This document shows positions 53,678 through 64,000 of a DNA stretch of 64,000 bases, piece by piece. Within the stretch, counting starts at the first letter, position 1. Every line of letters starts with the position of its first letter. The stretch lies in NCBI GenBank assembly GCA_000002445.1, contig AL929603.2, positions 352,001 to 416,000 of the forward strand. Reading direction: 5' to 3'. A program made the translations under genes and the position numbers. This DNA comes from Trypanosoma brucei (Eukaryota). The notes under the pieces were generated by a model. That model saw only the letters and a program-made list of their open reading frames with translations, was not told where the DNA came from and did no database searches.

Positions 53678-56600
53678 ATGAAAAAGACGCTTTCATGTCG
53701 GAGGCGGCTAATTCTTGGAATGAGCATTGAAGATGCACAAAGTAAGTTTGATTCTCCCGAATCCCGCGTAGCCCTGCGACTTGCTCATGAGCGACATAAT
53801 CAAGGGGTTTACCACGAGCTCAACCTCGCACAACGACTGCGTAATAGGCTCCCAAGTGAGCGTAAGTACCATTTAGTTCGTCACACGAAACCTAGCGTCA
53901 AAGGCTTCCAGGCTTATATTAAATCCAGCCCAGACGACTACGTTGTGAAGGAGCTTTGGTATGGAAAGAAGGCAACTTTACCGAAACTAGCGGGGGATGT
54001 GGGCGCTGCCGCCGCCATTACCAGCGGACAGAGTGTTGTGGACAGTAGCCCAAATGTTATTCCTTCTATCATTCAAGAGAAGGGGGTTGGCGGTCCTGTG
54101 CCTTGCGATCCACTTTATAATGGTTATTCAAACCCTAGTGGGGTTGGTGCTGTGGTGGATAACCAAACTGGGCCTGTGTGTGGTGTTAATTCAAGTGACG
54201 AATGCGCGAGGGATGATACCAGCGCGGCCTCTGTGGAAGGCAGCAGCATGAGTAGTCAGGCGTCGGTGGAAGCTTATATAGGACCTCAGCTTGGCGAGGA
54301 GATGGACGCGTATTCACGACACCGTACCATATTTATGGCAGAATTGAAACGGGTTGCAAAAACACTAAGTAACGAAGCAAAGCGGCAGCTCCTTATACGA
54401 CGTAGCAAAGGAGCCGCACCATCTGCCAGGCAAATGTCTGTTGTCGACCGACTAGTTGAGGAGGTACGGGAGGCAGAGGAAAAAGGTTACACAAGCCTCT
54501 CATCCTCCTCGCATTTGTTGGAGCCGCTGGGGCTCTCCCTTAACGTCTGCACAAAAAGGGACAAACGAGTGCTGGAGGCATTCCGTAGTCCACTGCTTTG
54601 CGTTCCTGCGGAGGAGAACTACATCTCCATCTCACTATGGGTTGCAGGCGCTCTCATAGAGAATAACGAACTAGCGACAGAGTTTCCATACTACATCGCG
54701 AAACATGCGAGCCCTGATTTGGATGAGTGTGACGTCATCACGTCGCCTAACAGTGTCCCGAGGGCGAGCATAGACGTGTATTTTTCTCTGGAACTGTACA
54801 AGCTGCAGCAAAGCATAGGGGTTGATGGTGTTTTGGCGCTTCGACGATTTATTGGTAGGGCAATGATACGTCAGCACGATCCGTTGCCGACGACGCCGTC
54901 TATTGCGTTTAACATGCGATTAAAGCAGCGCGAATGTGGTGGGTTGTGCTCAGGGGAATCTACACAAATTCCTTGGTTGCATGTAATTAAGGCAAAGGTT
55001 GCCTCGATATCAGGCACGGTATTGGAAGTTTCCTCCGACGACTCACCATCTACTACTGTTATGCGAGAGGCAATAGGACATGTTTGGAGGACATGGGGGA
55101 ACCTCGTAAAGGATCTGCATGTACACGGTGATCTTGACTACCTCTATGTTTCCGTGCGACCGGAGGTAGATGTGCAAGTAGGAATGCCACTGCTGGGGGA
55201 TTCGACCGGGGGAGTGCTTAACTGTAGTAAAGGGAAAGTATTGTCAACGTCGACGTCGCTGGGGAATTCCTCTCAACAGCTACTTCAGGGTCAGGATGGT
55301 CAGGATTGGAAGGGTCAAAATGGTGGGTCGAACGGTGCTAATTTGGGTAGGGCAATTTCTGGAAAAGGAGGGAAAAACGGTTCCCTTTGGAATGGTTTTA
55401 ACTCTCGTAAAACACGAGCAACAAACGTCATTCTGCCAACAGATTTTGTTGTTGTTGAGTGTTTGCTTGAGAAAAGGGGGCTGCCTCATCGTCTAGTTGT
55501 TGAAGACATTACCGAAAGTCTTACGGAAATGCAAAGACAAGCAATGGAAGTGCAGCGCCTGGCTGTTATTGATGAGGCACATCAACAAAGCCAGCAGTAT
55601 GTTACTGAGAATGAGGAGGATGAGTCATGTGACGAAGGGATTGCCCAATTTCCCGTCGATGTGCGTCCAGTTCTGTACGCGCCAACGATAACGGTGTCTC
55701 ACGCGGGTGTGATCGACTCAGCATCACACAGTTTCCAGCGGATTCGTATCCGTGGGAGTTGCCTCGCACACATTGAGGCGCTTGCGAAGGCTTTGGGCAG
55801 CGGAGAACACTTCGTGGAACGTGAAGGAATACACTTGTACGCAACCAAAACTAGTAGCCAGGGTACTTCTTTACCTCAGCTTCCACCAAACCTTCATTTT
55901 TCCAGGACTCACGCGGATGTCAATGAACACGCAGCAACTAAGAGGCTGATTGGTCATCACGCTTCATCTAGTCATGCTGTAATGGAGCAACGTGCAGCGA
56001 GTGGATACTTTCATCCTTACCAAACGCTGAAACCAATGCAATATATGATCGCTGATCACGACGAAAGGGAGTTTTGGCGGGAGCACTTTTATAAACTATC
56101 AGATATTACACTTGTATTTCATGATCGTGTATGTGCTGCAGACATCAACAATTCGCGTCAGTGGTCTTCTACGCTGAAGTCTCAGTTGCTATCAATCGGC
56201 CGGCAGCGTAGTGGACAGATGGGACTGGAAGATGAGTCGGACGACACCGCGGTGAATGGACCGAAAGATGAAGAAGGTGATTCTGCTGGACGTGCGCGAA
56301 AGAAGAAACCGAAGAAAGGAAGAGGTAAGCGAGCAGCGCAGGGAGATCTGGAAGACGTAGTCTCCACCATGAGCCCTGAGAAGATATTTGAATACCTATG
56401 CTTTGACATGGAGGTTACTAGTGCATCGTATGATCTCCGTATGGGAGATAATGACGGTTATGATTATCGTGTAAAGCTGCGTCGAATTCCGCAGAGCCAC
56501 TTTCCACTTGTAAAACCAGCCATGGTCTCTCTTCAGAAGCATGGTTTCATCAATTACTTTGGACCGCAGCGATTTTCTTCATACACCAGATATAACATGC

Positions 56601-58249
56601 ATCCCGGCTTGCACCTGCTGAAAGGCGAGTTTCACGCCGCAGCCAGTATCATCGTACAGCAATTCTACATGGACTCTGACCTTGCAGCTGAGAAGAGACG
56701 AAACGGTCACACCATCGAGAAGATGTACAGCTCGAAGGGAGCAGGGTTCCGGTTGCCGGATATAGATCGCTCGTTTGGTGGCAGACGGTCCGTTACTGAA
56801 AATGGATCCGCTCTGCAATCTGTTCTCAGCAATGCACTCCAGGCATCGTCACTTCTTGGGCTAAATGAAAATTCGGCTGAAATGGAAAGTTATAGCTCCT
56901 CACCAAAAGACCAGCAGATCATGAACGTAACTAATGGTGCTTCGGTGTTAGACCCCTGTGGGGAAGCGTTTCTACGCGTTGTTGGACCCAAAGCATGTTC
57001 CATGCTCGTGCATGAGTTCCTTGCCTTCCTCTGGAATGACATCGTCAATCAGAGGTTGCAGCGGTACGGCACATTCGCCATTCTCCCCGGCGATCTCGTG
57101 CGCTTAAATCCATTAGCATCGCCCCACTCGAATGAATTCGGCCGCGTTGTATATGCTTCAAAGAACAGCATTGAGAAGGGTAAATACACGTGCTATGACG
57201 TAGTCCTACCGGTCCCTGGTGCCGGTGTTGAGCTTCCTGATAATCACACAGCTGACCTATACGTTGTTACACTGAAGCGCATGGGCATTCTGTTTAACCC
57301 TGAGTCCAAACAGTGGGATATTTTCCGATCGCGAAGCAACTTTGGTAACGATGGTGCTTTACATGACGGTGAAGCGGCCTTTGCATCGTCACCATACAAC
57401 CGTTTTTCAACTTCTTTTGCCCTCATGGAGGAGGAATTGGGCGGCGAAACAAGCGTGATGAATTTTGCACACGAAAGCCAGGTAGGCGAGGAGGGGGATG
57501 CCGGCGGTATGGTAACAGAAGGAGTTTTGTCGGACGGTCGAGGGCTCCGGCGCGACTTACGACATGAGGGAAACATGGGTAATCTTCTGGGAGTAAATAT
57601 ATGGTGCTCCTACAGGCATATGCTCGTCAACCCGTCCTCGCAACTACGCTGGAGATTTCAGTCAGGTCGCACCGGTGATCCATACCAGCGATGGGCATTC
57701 GGAGTTCGTAACACCTTCATGGGAAGGGAGACCAATGTTTCGTCCCTCTCTGGGGCTTTGTTGGATAAGGGCACTCTCGGTCGCAGTGCTGAGCAACCTC
57801 AGCAGCAACTGTTACTTTTAGGAAATGGCGCACCAGGGAGGTCAGGGAAGGACTCCAGGGGAGGAAAAAGACGAGCGCGTACATTACCGGCTGCACCGTA
57901 CTGGTTGCCGGAAAAGAATAATGGTTGTCTCGAGTTGTCCTTCCAACTCCCCTCTAGCGTCTACCCCAGCATGTTGTTGCGGGAGGTAACAAAAAGTGAC
58001 GTTAATAGCCCTGACGTGGTAGATCTCGACCGCCCGCTGATTGACACGCGCGCGGAGTCGTGGAACGGACTTACGGCGGACCAGCAGCAAACATACAGAC
58101 GATACCTGGCTAAGAAGCGGCAAAAGCTGTTTACAGAGGCACCACGAGCTATCAATATAGCACTTCTGCATCAGCACATCTTCCGTAGTGGCGGCATGAG
58201 GCGAGGCCTAATACCCTCCATGCGTGGCTATGATAATGTCTCGAAATGA
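53678..58249 (+). CDS. Large (1523 aa) protein with a C-terminal TruD/Pus7-like pseudouridine-synthase domain and a ~900-aa N-terminal extension of unknown function
   Basis: ATG start. TruD-family motifs appear in order: FHDRVCAAD (a possibly degenerate GxKDxxAxT catalytic motif), YDYRVKLRRI (NxFxIvLRxv), GFINYFGPQRF (PNYFGxQRFG), FLAFLWNDIVNQRL (SALFNQIVAERL). Confidence 0.75.
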   Translation: MKKTLSCRRRLILGMSIEDAQSKFDSPESRVALRLAHERHNQGVYHELNLAQRLRNRLPSERKYHLVRHTKPSVKGFQAYIKSSPDDYVVKELWYGKKATLPKLAGDVGAAAAITSGQSVVDSSPNVIPSIIQEKGVGGPVPCDPLYNGYSNPSGVGAVVDNQTGPVCGVNSSDECARDDTSAASVEGSSMSSQASVEAYIGPQLGEEMDAYSRHRTIFMAELKRVAKTLSNEAKRQLLIRRSKGAAPSARQMSVVDRLVEEVREAEEKGYTSLSSSSHLLEPLGLSLNVCTKRDKRVLEAFRSPLLCVPAEENYISISLWVAGALIENNELATEFPYYIAKHASPDLDECDVITSPNSVPRASIDVYFSLELYKLQQSIGVDGVLALRRFIGRAMIRQHDPLPTTPSIAFNMRLKQRECGGLCSGESTQIPWLHVIKAKVASISGTVLEVSSDDSPSTTVMREAIGHVWRTWGNLVKDLHVHGDLDYLYVSVRPEVDVQVGMPLLGDSTGGVLNCSKGKVLSTSTSLGNSSQQLLQGQDGQDWKGQNGGSNGANLGRAISGKGGKNGSLWNGFNSRKTRATNVILPTDFVVVECLLEKRGLPHRLVVEDITESLTEMQRQAMEVQRLAVIDEAHQQSQQYVTENEEDESCDEGIAQFPVDVRPVLYAPTITVSHAGVIDSASHSFQRIRIRGSCLAHIEALAKALGSGEHFVEREGIHLYATKTSSQGTSLPQLPPNLHFSRTHADVNEHAATKRLIGHHASSSHAVMEQRAASGYFHPYQTLKPMQYMIADHDEREFWREHFYKLSDITLVFHDRVCAADINNSRQWSSTLKSQLLSIGRQRSGQMGLEDESDDTAVNGPKDEEGDSAGRARKKKPKKGRGKRAAQGDLEDVVSTMSPEKIFEYLCFDMEVTSASYDLRMGDNDGYDYRVKLRRIPQSHFPLVKPAMVSLQKHGFINYFGPQRFSSYTRYNMHPGLHLLKGEFHAAASIIVQQFYMDSDLAAEKRRNGHTIEKMYSSKGAGFRLPDIDRSFGGRRSVTENGSALQSVLSNALQASSLLGLNENSAEMESYSSSPKDQQIMNVTNGASVLDPCGEAFLRVVGPKACSMLVHEFLAFLWNDIVNQRLQRYGTFAILPGDLVRLNPLASPHSNEFGRVVYASKNSIEKGKYTCYDVVLPVPGAGVELPDNHTADLYVVTLKRMGILFNPESKQWDIFRSRSNFGNDGALHDGEAAFASSPYNRFSTSFALMEEELGGETSVMNFAHESQVGEEGDAGGMVTEGVLSDGRGLRRDLRHEGNMGNLLGVNIWCSYRHMLVNPSSQLRWRFQSGRTGDPYQRWAFGVRNTFMGRETNVSSLSGALLDKGTLGRSAEQPQQQLLLLGNGAPGRSGKDSRGGKRRARTLPAAPYWLPEKNNGCLELSFQLPSSVYPSMLLREVTKSDVNSPDVVDLDRPLIDTRAESWNGLTADQQQTYRRYLAKKRQKLFTEAPRAINIALLHQHIFRSGGMRRGLIPSMRGYDNVSK

Positions 58250-59410
58250 GAATGCCTCACGCGGGGGAACCCTTAAGTGTAATTTCGTGTAAAAAGCTAA
58301 CAAAAGAAAAAAAAAGGAGAGTTATTCACATACTAAGGTAAGAGAGAGTGAGAAAAAAAAAAGGAGTATCAATCAGGGAGAGACACTTAATTCCTGCCTC
58401 TTGGTTCATCCGAACGCGGCCCTCCGGGGAGCTGTGTTAAGTTTGGCTCTGAAGCATTGTAGGTACTGCGCTGTGAGCGTAAAAGCGTATCGCAGTTTGG
58501 GGGGGGAGAAGGAAAGGTTCCGCAATGCTGCGTTTGCGCTCGTTTCACATACAGTCGCGTCATATGGTGCTGTACGCATTTAGATGGGAGATTGGACGGC
58601 TGATGCTACAGCGAAAGCCCCATTTTGCGTTGCTATACACATGTGTGCACCGAGCGCACTTCTCCTTTTTTAAAAAAAAGCGGTAGGGTGAAGGCTGGGA
58701 GAAGTGCCCTGTTTGATGGGTGCCTCATGTCAACGGTGGGTTCTAGCGCAGCTGAAGTGGGTTGGTGATCTCAGCTTATAAAACAATATGTTTCTTATTC
58801 ACTGTGGAAGCTTTATTACCCTCCGCATGTTCTTCCTTTTAAAATTTAACTGTTATTATTGTTGTTATTATTATCAATTTTGGTGACTTCCAGCATTCAT
58901 AGAACACTGTGTATATGTGACGACATCTAGTTCACCGTGCTACGGTTTGGAGGAGATGATGCAGCCACCCCACTTGGAGGTTGAGTGAGTGTGCTGCCCC
59001 ACGTTTGAACCCGATCCATGAGCATTCACTAATCAATCAACCATCAGGTTATTGTTTATCATGTCGTGCCCCTCGGTAGCTCTCTGAATGTTTCAGCACG
59101 TTGTCTTCTCTCTTCCCTTCAATGGTTCTCTATGTTTTTCCCATACGCTGCGCACGCTTGTGAATTTCGCACTTCAAATAAGCGGTAACGCGGTAAAATA
59201 GGGGAGAAAGTGAAAAGGGGCGGAGAGGACACCCAGGGACCAAGTTGTATCCGTGCATGGTGGTTTGTTAAAACCAGTGATAACCGACTGACCGTGTGTT
59301 CATAAGGATAGCAAAGTGACTTCGTCGATATACGGACAGACAAAAGCGCACGCAGTTAGGCTAAAATAGGTGATAACTATTAGTGGCAGGTGACCAAGAA
59401 AGTACCACCA

Positions 59411-60223
59411 ATGCAGCGCGATGTGTACGCGTCGCTCATTAAGAAGCGGCACAAACAAATGGTCCCGCTGTTGATCCACCAGGTCTCCGGCGACATCACC
59501 CGTGAGAATATTTTTGACGAAGTCTTTCATGGCTACAAACTTCGTCGGATTGTTCTGATGACGCACATGGCTGCAACACCTGCTACGCTTCCGAGACTCC
59601 CGCGTGATATCATTGTGTCCGACTTTGACAAGCTGAAAGCCATTCACCAACCACACTTTCACTACAAACTACTTCCCCTTCTGTGCACTGACTTTGAAGC
59701 GTTTTCTGCGCTTCAGGGAATTTGTGCGAGCGCCAACTCACCCTTTACAATAGAAGACCGCAAGGACCCTCAGGGGCTAACGCATCGGCTCTCCAATGGC
59801 TGTTCGGAGCGTCAAGCGTTGTGCGAATTTTTTGACCCCCATATCGCACCAGCAGAGAAGCTTGTGCCGGTGTTCTCACGCAAACTCCCTATTTCCGCCG
59901 TCGTATTTGATGGTTTGCTCCTCAAGCAAAACTATCCTAAGGTGGCCGCATTGCTCACAGTCCATGAGGCCGCTTCAGAGAAAAGTATAATAGAACGTGC
60001 TATCATGAGAGACTTCTTTGTGTCACCGCTGTATACCAAGGTGAGTGGTAACAGCGACGTGGCTCAGTCACTCCGCCTGGTGCATCATTGCACGCACTTC
60101 ATGGCTCTTAAGCGTGCGGTAGGTAGCGATGCTCCCAGTAGGCAGTCACTAATGCGACTCGCTGCGGAGAAGAAGTTGTTTATGTACGAAAAAATCGGCG
60201 ACGAGTACCAATTCGTTCACTGA
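59411..60223 (+). CDS. Hypothetical protein (270 aa)
   Basis: The track start at 59390 is a GTG; the first ATG at 59411 gives MQRDVYASLIKK. It lies on the array strand with coding-like composition and no recognisable family. Confidence 0.55.
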   Translation: MQRDVYASLIKKRHKQMVPLLIHQVSGDITRENIFDEVFHGYKLRRIVLMTHMAATPATLPRLPRDIIVSDFDKLKAIHQPHFHYKLLPLLCTDFEAFSALQGICASANSPFTIEDRKDPQGLTHRLSNGCSERQALCEFFDPHIAPAEKLVPVFSRKLPISAVVFDGLLLKQNYPKVAALLTVHEAASEKSIIERAIMRDFFVSPLYTKVSGNSDVAQSLRLVHHCTHFMALKRAVGSDAPSRQSLMRLAAEKKLFMYEKIGDEYQFVH

Positions 60224-60959
60224 GCAGCGACTTGACCAATGAAAAGGGACCAGCTGGTTGAGGGGAAGTGCATATAGCGGCTGCAGTGGTATGAGGCAAT
60301 GCCTCGATTATTGTGTTTGGTACGGATGTTTGCGTCATTGGTTATGCATACATAAGTAGTTTGTCACAGATATTTTAAAGAAAGCAGCGCAGATGCGTTT
60401 CTACATGCTTACCTATCTGACGAAACGGTGGAGCGGCGGTGTGTGAACAGCGCATACGGGTCTGTTTCCGCCGCATTGAACTGTGTGTCTGCAAGTTGGG
60501 ATAAAATGAGCGGGGAAGTGCGTGGCTCACCAACCCTTACAAAATAACCCTTCGAAGTATTATGAACTTTCAAACATTTGTTACAACCCTTTCTCATCAA
60601 ATTGTGCTGTGCAGCTTTCCCTATTTATTTGAGTTAAACCGGACAATCTCACTAGTCCCTATTTGTTTCTGCGTTGTTATATTTCGGATGGAAGAGTAGG
60701 GGGAGCCCTTAAGTGGTGTGGAAAATTGAGATAACTGGTGCCCAAAGTTTTTTTTTAAGGGGCTGAAAGAATATATCTATATACATTCAAAAGGCGTTTG
60801 TGGCATCACATTACCACAGCAGGGTGCGAGGACTACATCTCGGCGAGGCGGAAGAAGCTACGGAGAAGTCCTGCAGTTGCGGCCCAGTAGTTAAAAACTT
60901 GTAAGTGATAGTAAGAAAGGGAGAGGGCTGTTGTTACTTGGCTGTTCATAATCTCTTAC

Positions 60960-63179
60960 ATGCTAAGTCCCTGGAATGATTGTGTGGGAGATGATCATCA
61001 ATGGATTCTTAAACCGCTGCAAAACCGACTTCGCTATGAAAGGCCGCTACCCGTCCAGCAGGCGGTGGTTCCAACGGTTCGGCGGGCATTGCTGAGTGGA
61101 TTGCCGATGGATGTTTGCCTCACCGCTCCAACTGGCAGTGGAAAGACCCTGTGTTATCTCCTTCCTCTCTTACAAATGATTACCGAGGCTAAGAAGGGCA
61201 CCAACCACACACGTCTTCTCGCATTGGTGCTGGTACCCACAAAGGCCTTAGGCCAGCAGGTAACGCACGAACTGCAACGACTTACCCGTGGAACAACCAT
61301 AACTACTGTCTCGCTCTGTGATGAAATGAGTGTAAAAGAGGAGGCTGCAGCGTTAGTACGGACTGTTCGTCTTGTGGGAAGCGGTACACATCAAACACAG
61401 GGCCACTACAGAAATGTGCCCTACATGAACATCTACAATGGCGATAGTGTTTCCCTCCCGAGCAACGCCGCTGGTGTGGCACACAATGAAGATGAATCTG
61501 AGGATGGTGCAAGTAGTAGTGACGGTGGTAATGGTGAGGAAGTGGGATATGACTCCATGGTGGACTCTTCTCTTCACTACTACTCACGTGCAGATATTGT
61601 AATATCAACGCCACAGCGTCTGCTTCGCCATCTTGATGGCACTCCCGGCTTCACACTCCTGCACCTCCGTCTATTAGTTATCGATGAGGCAGATCAAGTT
61701 CTCTCCGGGAACTTTGCCAACTTCGTGGCGAAAGTGGTTGAACGATTCGAGGAGGAGCAAGCGTCACGCGTTGGTAGCACCGGAGACCGACGGCGGCTTA
61801 CGCAATTAACATATAGTCTCCATAAATTCCTCTGTTCTGCAACATTGTCGTCGCATATTACGCGAATTTCGGAGGTTCGTCTGCGAAATTGCCGGCATTT
61901 CACATTGGACAGTTTCGGGACCGAAATTCAGCGGGAGGATGAAGGAGAACCCCTTCCACTTCCATCAACGGATGACACAGGGAGTAGAAAGAAGAACAAG
62001 CGGGATCAGGAGAGAGGAAACGCCAACACTAAGAATAAAAGAGGGGACGATGTGGGTAAAGGGGGCGAGGAAGACTCTTGTGAAGATGGCAATGAGGAAG
62101 TGAAACTGCCACTTTCTCGGCAGCAACTGGTGCGCACTTCGTTTGCACTTCCACCACGTCTTCAAGAGCACGTTGTCTTTGTGGAGGATTGGTACCGACA
62201 CGCTGTTTTACTAAAACTCGTCCGGGCAATTGTCGACAAGCAAAAGAAGGCTGAAGCCCTTGTTAAAGAACATAAGAGGCGGGAAGAAGGTCTAGCGGCG
62301 CAAGATGATGAAAGTGAAGGCACTGGCCTCGGAAGCAATGGTTACGGTACTTTTAGTCGTGAAAATGTCAGGGAGTGCGAAAGCACCGAGTTTCGGGCTT
62401 TGCCACATCGAAGGCGTGGAGCCTCAAAACTTGTCGGAGCATCTGATCCTTCCTACCCATCATGTGATGATGACGCTGGTAGGCGCATTGTCATTTTCTG
62501 CCGCTCTGCTGATGAGGCACGTGTGATGGGTCACTTTCTTCTCTCGGCAGGGGTTCAGGCGACGGAGTTCACGACTCTCGCCACCGAAAGTGAGCGGCGC
62601 CGTGCACTTCTTAAATCCCGTCCCGATTCGTGTGTTGTTGCCTCTGATGCCCTCATGCGTGGTGTGGATGTGCCAAATGTCGGCCATGTGATTATGTACA
62701 ATCCTCCGGAAACCCTTTCCCAATACGTCCATCGCGCGGGGCGTACTGCCCGGGCTATGCGGGCCGGTCACTTACATTTACTTTTACAAAAGCTTGGACC
62801 TAGTGGAACCATGAAGGATGGGGAGGTGGCTATGTTTAAAGCAATTAGTGCCGCCGTGTCTCGGATGCAACCAGTGCGGTACGAACGCCACTTTTTTATG
62901 TTTGATGTTGCACCCACTCAGTTGGGTAAAGTCGCGATTGAGTCCAGTCCTGAAGGTGGAAATAATGGGGAGGGTCGTGGTTTGGTGAAGGACAAGGCAC
63001 GATTACTCATTGAGGAAGCGGATAGATATCTGAAGGAAACGCAATTGCGGTTAACGGGTCGCTGGGTGTCGGCACTTGAAAGCGCTCGGAGGGGTGACGC
63101 CGTGGGAAATAAGCCGTCGTCAGCGACGTTTGGTGGCTCGAGGAGGTTTATATCACAAACAAAGAGAGAACGTGGCTGA
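60960..63179 (+). CDS. DEAD-box ATP-dependent RNA helicase with large acidic/basic insertions
   Basis: Motifs: Q-motif region PLPVQQAVVP, motif I LTAPTGSGKTLCYLLP, motif II VIDEAD, motif III CSAT, motif V MRGVDV, motif VI HRAGRTAR. Confidence 0.9.
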   Translation: MLSPWNDCVGDDHQWILKPLQNRLRYERPLPVQQAVVPTVRRALLSGLPMDVCLTAPTGSGKTLCYLLPLLQMITEAKKGTNHTRLLALVLVPTKALGQQVTHELQRLTRGTTITTVSLCDEMSVKEEAAALVRTVRLVGSGTHQTQGHYRNVPYMNIYNGDSVSLPSNAAGVAHNEDESEDGASSSDGGNGEEVGYDSMVDSSLHYYSRADIVISTPQRLLRHLDGTPGFTLLHLRLLVIDEADQVLSGNFANFVAKVVERFEEEQASRVGSTGDRRRLTQLTYSLHKFLCSATLSSHITRISEVRLRNCRHFTLDSFGTEIQREDEGEPLPLPSTDDTGSRKKNKRDQERGNANTKNKRGDDVGKGGEEDSCEDGNEEVKLPLSRQQLVRTSFALPPRLQEHVVFVEDWYRHAVLLKLVRAIVDKQKKAEALVKEHKRREEGLAAQDDESEGTGLGSNGYGTFSRENVRECESTEFRALPHRRRGASKLVGASDPSYPSCDDDAGRRIVIFCRSADEARVMGHFLLSAGVQATEFTTLATESERRRALLKSRPDSCVVASDALMRGVDVPNVGHVIMYNPPETLSQYVHRAGRTARAMRAGHLHLLLQKLGPSGTMKDGEVAMFKAISAAVSRMQPVRYERHFFMFDVAPTQLGKVAIESSPEGGNNGEGRGLVKDKARLLIEEADRYLKETQLRLTGRWVSALESARRGDAVGNKPSSATFGGSRRFISQTKRERG

Positions 63180-63684
63180 AGAAGAAAATGAAGGGGGAAA
63201 ATCGGAGAAGGTGCCTGTTTTTCCGCTACGCACGTGAGAACCTGACCTGAAATTGCCATCAAGGTCCCTGGAGCATGAAGGGCAACCCCACCGGAAAAGG
63301 GAGGGTGTTTTGTGTTGGTGTGGTTATCGTTTAAATTACCAGGGCAAGCAGGTGCAGATAAATACGTTATAAAAAAAAAAAACAGTCTAAAAGGAAACAG
63401 AAAGGAAAAAACATTCAGTAAATTTGTTACACGCTACACCCGAAAAAAGTACGTGGGAAAATAGCACCGTGGAACATCATGTCGTCACATTTTTGTTTCA
63501 TATGCTTTGAAAAACGTCACTTCCTGTGTTTTCCCGGTACTTTCCCTTTTCTTTTTTCCTTATCTTACCTTCGCACCGTTGAGGCTCCGGTAGGCTGATC
63601 TCTTTCTTGTTGATTTACGTGGAGTTTTTTTTTAAATTATTTTGTATACGCGTGTATATAAACATATACGTTTTTCTGATTGCA

Positions 63685-64000
63685 ATGGGTGGAACAAAGA
63701 AAAAGGCAACGGTACCTATTAAGAAGGAAAGTAAATACAAGATTCCTTCTCATTTTGATTGTCCCTTTTGCGACGCAAAGAAATCCATTGCCGTGAGGTT
63801 GAAACGCAGCGATGGCTTGGCGTCGGTGCACTGCCGTGTGTGTCGTGTTGGGGAAAATAGGCATTATAACTTCTCACCGTTGGAAAAACCTGTGGACGTT
63901 TTTTTCCGCTTTCGTGAAGAATTGATGGAAAAGGATCACGAACTTTTGCGGGCACACAACGTTGAAACGGGAGCTATGGCCGCCCGCACTGGCCTTGCAC
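63685..64000 (+). CDS. Transcription elongation factor Elf1/ELOF1-like zinc-finger protein (partial; runs off the window end)
   Basis: ATG at 63685: MGGTKKKATVPIKKESKYKIPSHFDCPFCDAKKSIAVRLKRSDGLASVHCRVCRVGENRHYNFSPLEKPVDVF. This matches the Elf1 layout (basic N-terminus, then a CPFC...CxxC C4 zinc ribbon). There is no stop codon in the window. Confidence 0.7.
   Translation, partial: MGGTKKKATVPIKKESKYKIPSHFDCPFCDAKKSIAVRLKRSDGLASVHCRVCRVGENRHYNFSPLEKPVDVFFRFREELMEKDHELLRAHNVETGAMAARTGLA

Overview
This window reads as nuclear DNA from a kinetoplastid, most like an African trypanosome (Trypanosoma brucei group), and carries one co-directional polycistronic gene array. All 16 credible protein-coding regions lie on the + strand. 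They are separated by long intergenic spacers of 1 to 9 kb that are T-rich and pyrimidine-rich on the + strand and full of (TA)n and (TTA)n microsatellites. I found no prokaryotic hallmarks: no CRISPR array, no operon-style packing, no rRNA, and no tRNA I could support by eye.

Recognisable genes, in order: the PP2A scaffold A subunit; a Hikeshi/OPI10-like protein; three diverged paralogues of an unnamed family at 8261, 15865 and 22878; a very large multidomain Ser/Thr kinase at 33710-38938; a Misato/DML1 homologue; a tubulin-tyrosine-ligase-like enzyme; the NSF vesicle-fusing ATPase; a SCO1/SenC copper chaperone; a 1523-aa protein whose C-terminal half looks TruD/Pus7-like; a DEAD-box helicase; and a partial Elf1/ELOF1 zinc-finger gene at the window edge.

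The supplied ORF track accepts GTG and TTG as starts. I moved five starts to the first in-frame ATG that fits the homologue N-terminus (paralogue B, Misato, NSF, SCO1 and the 59411 ORF).

The two most interesting things are:
- The giant kinase. Read by eye, it carries an embedded degenerate histidine-kinase core (phospho-His replaced by Asp) followed by a receiver-like domain, fused to a cAMP-kinase RII-type docking domain, two cNMP-binding folds, a PAS domain, an STE-like kinase and a poly-Asp tail.
- The dispersed paralogue trio. Each starts MGxxPS (a predicted N-myristoylation signal), shares a Cys-containing core, and ends in a Q/P-rich prion-like tail. The trio sits among unusually long gene-free spacers, up to 8.8 kb.

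All homology statements rest on motif recognition by eye. No database search was run.
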